DNA of 32,000 nucleotides, taken from positions 2,010,001 through 2,042,000 of the forward strand of contig NZ_LT934425.1 in NCBI RefSeq assembly GCF_900232105.1, read 5' to 3'. Shown one piece after another: positions 28,301 to 32,000 of this stretch (its first letter is position 1; each line of letters begins with the position of its first letter). The notes under the pieces were generated by a model, which saw only the letters and a list, made by a program, of their open reading frames with translations, ran no database searches and was not told the origin of the DNA. The translations under genes and the position numbers were made by a program. The DNA is from Candidatus Kuenenia stuttgartensis (lineage in GTDB: Bacteria > Planctomycetota > Brocadiia > Brocadiales > Brocadiaceae).

Positions 28301-28458
28301 CAGGCATCGTTTTGATTATTATTTGTTGTCGCCATTATTATGTCCCCTGCGGTATTTGATGTCGTAGTTCCGTAAGTATTACCCCATTGATTCTTAATGC
28401 AGAGAGCAGGTTAGTATTTTGTTCTTCTTTTGGGATGCAGTTATTTCTTTTTCAATTC

Positions 28459-28809
28459 TTAATCGGGATAGGCAATTCTTTTTGCTGATTTGGCAAGCAC
28501 TCGCGATATCTTTTTAGTAATTTCGCCCTTTATCAAGGCGTGGGCATAGTTGGCGGGTTGCGGGTCATGCACACATTCTAGCCCCAATTCTCTTGGTTGT
28601 TGTGCTTTTAGATAATACAACCTAAATCTGTGTATATCTTGAATACTATCCTCGTAGGAGGTTAATCTTTCAACGTTTACAGAAAGGCCATACTCTCCTT
28701 TTTTTAATTGAAATGCACATGAGGTAAGCGTGCCATCATCCCTTACATAATTAGGATCAATAAAGGGAACTCTTCTCAGCAGATTATCATTATCCAGTAT
28801 GGCTTCCAT
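28459..28809 (-). CDS. Hypothetical protein, third gene of the TIGR04255-associated cassette
   Basis: 116 aa; LLRRVPFIDPNYVRDDGTLTSCAFQLKKGEYGLSVNVERLTSYEDS. The start overlaps the stop of the upstream gene at position 28809. Confidence 0.75.
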   Translation of the reverse strand: MEAILDNDNLLRRVPFIDPNYVRDDGTLTSCAFQLKKGEYGLSVNVERLTSYEDSIQDIHRFRLYYLKAQQPRELGLECVHDPQPANYAHALIKGEITKKISRVLAKSAKRIAYPD

Positions 28810-29282
28810 TAAAACAGTTCAAGTATTTGAGGCAATAAATGATCAAGCGCACCCTCTGAAATACAGGCATCGCCCTCATAAATCAAAACCTCATTTGAAT
28901 TATCGGCATTGAAATATACTTCAGCCTCGTAATTTCCTTTTCTAAGCTCTACCACAATTTCCCCATTAGGTCCTGGAGCAACAAAGTAAACCGGAATTCC
29001 ATGCGCATCAATGACTCTTATAAATGATAATGCATTAACAATGGCGCTTTCTGAAGGTTTTTCAGCTCCATAACTATCCCAATTATCTGCAAAATTTCTA
29101 AAACCTAAAATTTTTGAGGTAGCCTTCATGGCTGCATTACTTAATGAAGGCGTTTGTGGATAAATGTCTATAACAATGCTCGTATTCCATTCCTGTTGTT
29201 CGGTTTCGAATGCTTCTGAAAGATAAATAGAAGAGCTTGCGCAACGTTTTCTATATGGAGACGCTTCTTGTAAAGCTGTCAT
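28809..29282 (-). CDS. Hypothetical protein with an NWDSYGA motif, second gene of the cassette
   Basis: 157 aa; FADNWDSYGAEKPSESAIVNALSFIRVIDAHGIPVYFVAPGPNGEIVVELRKGNYEAEVYF. Overlaps the upstream gene by 32 nt, with a G-rich SD-like stretch before the start. Confidence 0.75.
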   Translation of the reverse strand: MTALQEASPYRKRCASSSIYLSEAFETEQQEWNTSIVIDIYPQTPSLSNAAMKATSKILGFRNFADNWDSYGAEKPSESAIVNALSFIRVIDAHGIPVYFVAPGPNGEIVVELRKGNYEAEVYFNADNSNEVLIYEGDACISEGALDHLLPQILELF

Positions 29283-30042
29283 AAAACTTCCCCCTTGTCA
29301 TTTCTTTAAATAACGGTGAAATAATCTCGTGTGCATGTGTGCACCATTTCGTCATTTCATTTCTAGTAAACCTGCCTTTTTTGACAATTGCTGTTTGCCA
29401 AACCAGTGTGGGATCATGGGTTTTTTTATCACTGCCTGTTGTTACGTTAATGTGCAAAGCAGACCCATCTTTTAACCCGAATGTTTGATTCAGGTTCAGA
29501 CCTTCCATCGGACCGAGTGTGTCAAAATGGTTATGCAGTTCTATTTTCAGTGAATCATGTATAAAGGGTAATAAATTATCTTTGACGGTTACTTGATAAT
29601 CTTTCAATTTTACAGCATCAATGTAGCGTAGGCTGCAAAAATTCAGGTTTATTTTTTGATTATATGCCTCAAATAGCTTATTGGTAGATTCTAAAATCAG
29701 TGGGAAAAAGGTATCCTTCCAACAATACTTTTTGTCGGTATCATTTACTGTAAAAATCCCGGGACCCAATTGCAGTACGGGCCAAATATCTTCACCTTTC
29801 CAAAACTGATAGATAACGGAATAGTTTAGTAAATCTGTTGGAAAATCATCGGGAATTTTACGTACTATGTGAGGAAAATCATTTTTTAGCAAGGTGGCCA
29901 ATGTTCCTAAAGCAATAGCAAAACCCTCATCAAATTCCCGATTGCTGTCCGGATTTATATTTAAATCCCAGCGAATTTCAAATATCACTTCTTGTAAGGG
30001 TGCGTTAGGGAGTTTTTCGATATGTTCGTTATTCGATATCAT
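29251..30042 (-). CDS. TIGR04255-like family protein, first gene of the cassette
   Basis: 263 aa; LPNAPLQEVIFEIRWDLN near the N-terminus and a central FCSLRYIDAVKL segment resemble the sporadically distributed TIGR04255 family. Recognised from memory; no search run. Confidence 0.7.
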   Translation of the reverse strand: MISNNEHIEKLPNAPLQEVIFEIRWDLNINPDSNREFDEGFAIALGTLATLLKNDFPHIVRKIPDDFPTDLLNYSVIYQFWKGEDIWPVLQLGPGIFTVNDTDKKYCWKDTFFPLILESTNKLFEAYNQKINLNFCSLRYIDAVKLKDYQVTVKDNLLPFIHDSLKIELHNHFDTLGPMEGLNLNQTFGLKDGSALHINVTTGSDKKTHDPTLVWQTAIVKKGRFTRNEMTKWCTHAHEIISPLFKEMTRGKFYDSFTRSVSI

Positions 30043-30072
30043 ATTTTATTAATAATACGATTTATTTGTTAA

Positions 30073-30096
30073 TATAGGAATAGGGCTATTCCTATA
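30073..30096. promoter_or_regulatory. Candidate operator: 11-bp perfect palindrome upstream of the cassette
   Basis: TATAGGAATAG-GG-CTATTCCTATA, 31-54 nt 5' of the cassette start codon at 30042. Confidence 0.45.
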
Positions 30097-30230
30097 GATT
30101 TATTGATCTTATACATTGTTTAACCTGAAATCAAGGATTGAGTATTGAAGAGAAATTAAAAAAAACACAAAAGCAAAAATCAATTATTACGAAAAATTTG
30201 ATGGAATATTCCAATGAAATAAAACTTATT

Positions 30231-30376
30231 CTTTGTCTTCGTCTTCGTCTTCGTCTTCAAGTTCTTTGCCCATGCGGTATTAATATCATAGTTGATACCT
30301 TGTCCTGAGCCAAGCCGAAGGAATGAAGTCTAATTCCTCATCGGTGAAACCGTAGTGGCGAGCTAAACCGCAAACA
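30231..30376 (-). pseudogene. Degenerate C-terminal remnant of an N6-adenine DNA methylase / type IIG-like restriction-modification protein
   Basis: Minus-strand pieces: QLVCGLARHYGFTDEELDFI, then a 25-bp insertion, then INYDI and, in a shifted frame, YRMGKELEDEDEDEDKE*. Together they resemble the usual ...HYGFTDEELDFIINYDIKYRMG tail. Confidence 0.55.
30235..30258. repeat. Tandem hexamer (GTCTTC)x4
   Basis: Four perfect GTCTTC units; on the minus strand they encode an alternating Glu-Asp tail. Confidence 0.9.
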
Positions 30377-30578
30377 AGCTGTTATTTAATGGAATGCGCC
30401 AATTCAATTTTAGAAAATGCTTTCATTAACATTCCTTCTATGTTTACAATGAACAATCCCATGGCAAAAGAAGTCCGTTGGGCTTTGGCACAAGTTTTTT
30501 GCAACGTGTTATCTGCCGGTGCAAACACATTTTCTAATAGAAGGACAAATTTATAATCTTCCGACCACATATCGTCTT

Positions 30579-30809
30579 CTAGTTTTCCCTCCTAAAATTA
30601 TCCTCAATCTCATTTAGTCTTTCCCGGCACTGATTTATCATGTGTAAAACACATTTAGTACAGTAGAAAGAATCCTTGTACATACCATCTTTGACCTTAA
30701 GAACGAGTTGACCCTTCTGGATAGAATGGGCATCATCGTGATAGCATTTTCGCTTTCTGCCAGCGACATCAACCGAATGAGTCTTAAGCATGCTTTTGTA
30801 TTTTGCCAT
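30579..30809 (-). CDS. Small Cys/His-rich (putative zinc-binding) protein downstream of the helicase
   Basis: MAKYKSMLKTHSVDVAGRKRKCYHDDAHSIQKGQLVLKVKDGMYKDSFYCTKCVLHMINQCRERL contains C..H....H and CTKC pairs. ATG at 30809 directly abuts the helicase stop (30811-30813). Confidence 0.65.
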   Translation of the reverse strand: MAKYKSMLKTHSVDVAGRKRKCYHDDAHSIQKGQLVLKVKDGMYKDSFYCTKCVLHMINQCRERLNEIEDNFRREN

Positions 30810-30810
30810 T

Positions 30811-32000
30811 TCAGTTACCTTCCATTTTTTTTCTAATTTCAGACACCAGTTTATCAATAATTTCATCCATGTTGTCATGAGCATTTTTGAGTTGGTTTTC
30901 CGTGAGTAAATCTCGTTCCCGTGAGCAAACATGCAAGTATTCAAGGACTGCTCTATTAATTAAAATTATTGCCGCCGGAAGATTAGCAGATGCAGTTGTT
31001 GATGGAAAATGCTTTGGGAGGTCTAATCCACCAATCTTCAACTGAAGTTCATTTAATAGTTGCTTTGCTGCAGAACGTACTCTCTCATCAAGACGCCGCC
31101 TTGCTGCCTTTCTCGCTTCTTGTGGGGACACCTGAAGTTTACTGAGAGTTCCTCTTTTTTGTGCTTGTAAGTATGATTGCATGAGCTTAGTCTCTAATTC
31201 CTCACGAGACAAACCAAAAACTTCAAAATCAATCCCTCGCATTTGCATTGTCTGAATTAAGTCCTCGACAGCTATTCTGGTGTCTTCTGGTACAAAATGA
31301 TCCTGAACAAAATGTACGATGGCCTCTTCAATTACCTCCATTTCAGGTCTGAAGCGTTTGCGACTTGGAGCAGGGTCTTTTTCACTGCTTTTATGAAGAA
31401 TGAACTCATGCTTACCAAATGCAAGTTCTGCAAAGAATGCCTCATCATCTTGGTCAAATTCCTTTAACTCATTCCACCACCGGTCAACATTGAGGCCAAC
31501 ATGAGAAACAACAAAACCACGATTAGCTGGATGACCAGGAGCGTTTTGTTTAATAACACGCATTACACGACCCACGAATTGAACGTATGGCATCAAATGC
31601 CTGTAAGGCCTGAATATCGCAGCTACGCTTAAGTTTGGATAATCTGCACCTTCACCAAGCATTTGGACTTGTACTATTGCATCAATACTTTTTGTTTGTA
31701 GCTTATTTCTAACCTTATATTGTTCTTCTTCTGGCAGATTACTGTGTATAATTTCTGTTCGAATGTTCCTCTCGGTGTATAAAGCCCTAATTGAATTTGC
31801 ATGGTCAATTGAGCATGCAACGGCTATTATTTGGTGCACTTCCCCACTTTCTTTCAATTCTTGCAGGCTTTGGATGGAAGCATCAACAATGCTTTCGTTA
31901 CATTCACGAGACAGTGCTACGCCTTTACTAAACCAATCTTTTTCCCGTAACATCAGGACGTCGTTTAGCCCAACTTTTCGGTTCTCGCCTTTGTAGGTAA
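30811..32000 (-). CDS. C-terminal part of an SF2 (DEAD/DEAH, restriction-type) helicase; gene continues beyond the window
   Basis: IIAVACSIDHANSIRALYTERNIRTEIIHSNLPEEEQ and VQMLGEGADYPNLSVAAIFRPYRHLMPYVQFVGRVMRVI match SF2 helicase C-terminal motifs. The frame stays open upstream of the listed Met to the edge (TYKGENRKVGLNDVLMLREKD). Confidence 0.9.
   Translation of the reverse strand, partial: TYKGENRKVGLNDVLMLREKDWFSKGVALSRECNESIVDASIQSLQELKESGEVHQIIAVACSIDHANSIRALYTERNIRTEIIHSNLPEEEQYKVRNKLQTKSIDAIVQVQMLGEGADYPNLSVAAIFRPYRHLMPYVQFVGRVMRVIKQNAPGHPANRGFVVSHVGLNVDRWWNELKEFDQDDEAFFAELAFGKHEFILHKSSEKDPAPSRKRFRPEMEVIEEAIVHFVQDHFVPEDTRIAVEDLIQTMQMRGIDFEVFGLSREELETKLMQSYLQAQKRGTLSKLQVSPQEARKAARRRLDERVRSAAKQLLNELQLKIGGLDLPKHFPSTTASANLPAAIILINRAVLEYLHVCSRERDLLTENQLKNAHDNMDEIIDKLVSEIRKKMEGN

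Noticed and set aside
30382-30570. 62-aa minus-strand ORF as a functional gene
   Set aside because: No recognisable domain, and it lies against the decayed methylase remnant; may itself be a gene fragment, so left uncalled.

Overview
The window looks like a planctomycete chromosome segment, possibly of the anammox type. That placement is inferred from gene style only and no taxonomic search was run. It has a housekeeping core: argC, lon, an hsp20-type gene, a groEL copy, hicA/hicB-like toxin-antitoxin genes, two carbohydrate-type ABC transporter genes, a long MscS-family channel, a TonB-dependent receptor next to an ABC_sub_bind-type periplasmic protein, a HAMP-PAS-GGDEF-EAL protein, a helix-hairpin-helix protein, uvrB and a DprA/SLOG-like gene. 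Both ends are accessory DNA. The left end carries a Fic-domain gene, an AlbA_2/RecG-like gene and a type I restriction hsdR. The hsdR is damaged three ways: a -1 frameshift, an in-frame repeat insertion, and loss of its 3' end beside argC. The right end carries a compact three-gene cassette of unknown function (TIGR04255-like gene, an 'NWDSYGA' gene, and an 'LLRRVPF...SCAFQL' gene), a short remnant of an adenine methylase C-terminus, and an SF2 helicase C-terminal part followed by a small Cys/His-rich gene. Non-coding DNA holds several dispersed palindromic families. The clearest has arms close to GTAGGGGCGAAGCATTTGC with a related internal segment in three copies. There are also degenerate arrays with a 7-bp period. 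The most promising undescribed candidates are the three-gene cassette at 28459-30042 with an 11-bp perfect palindrome upstream, and the helicase plus Cys/His-rich gene pair.
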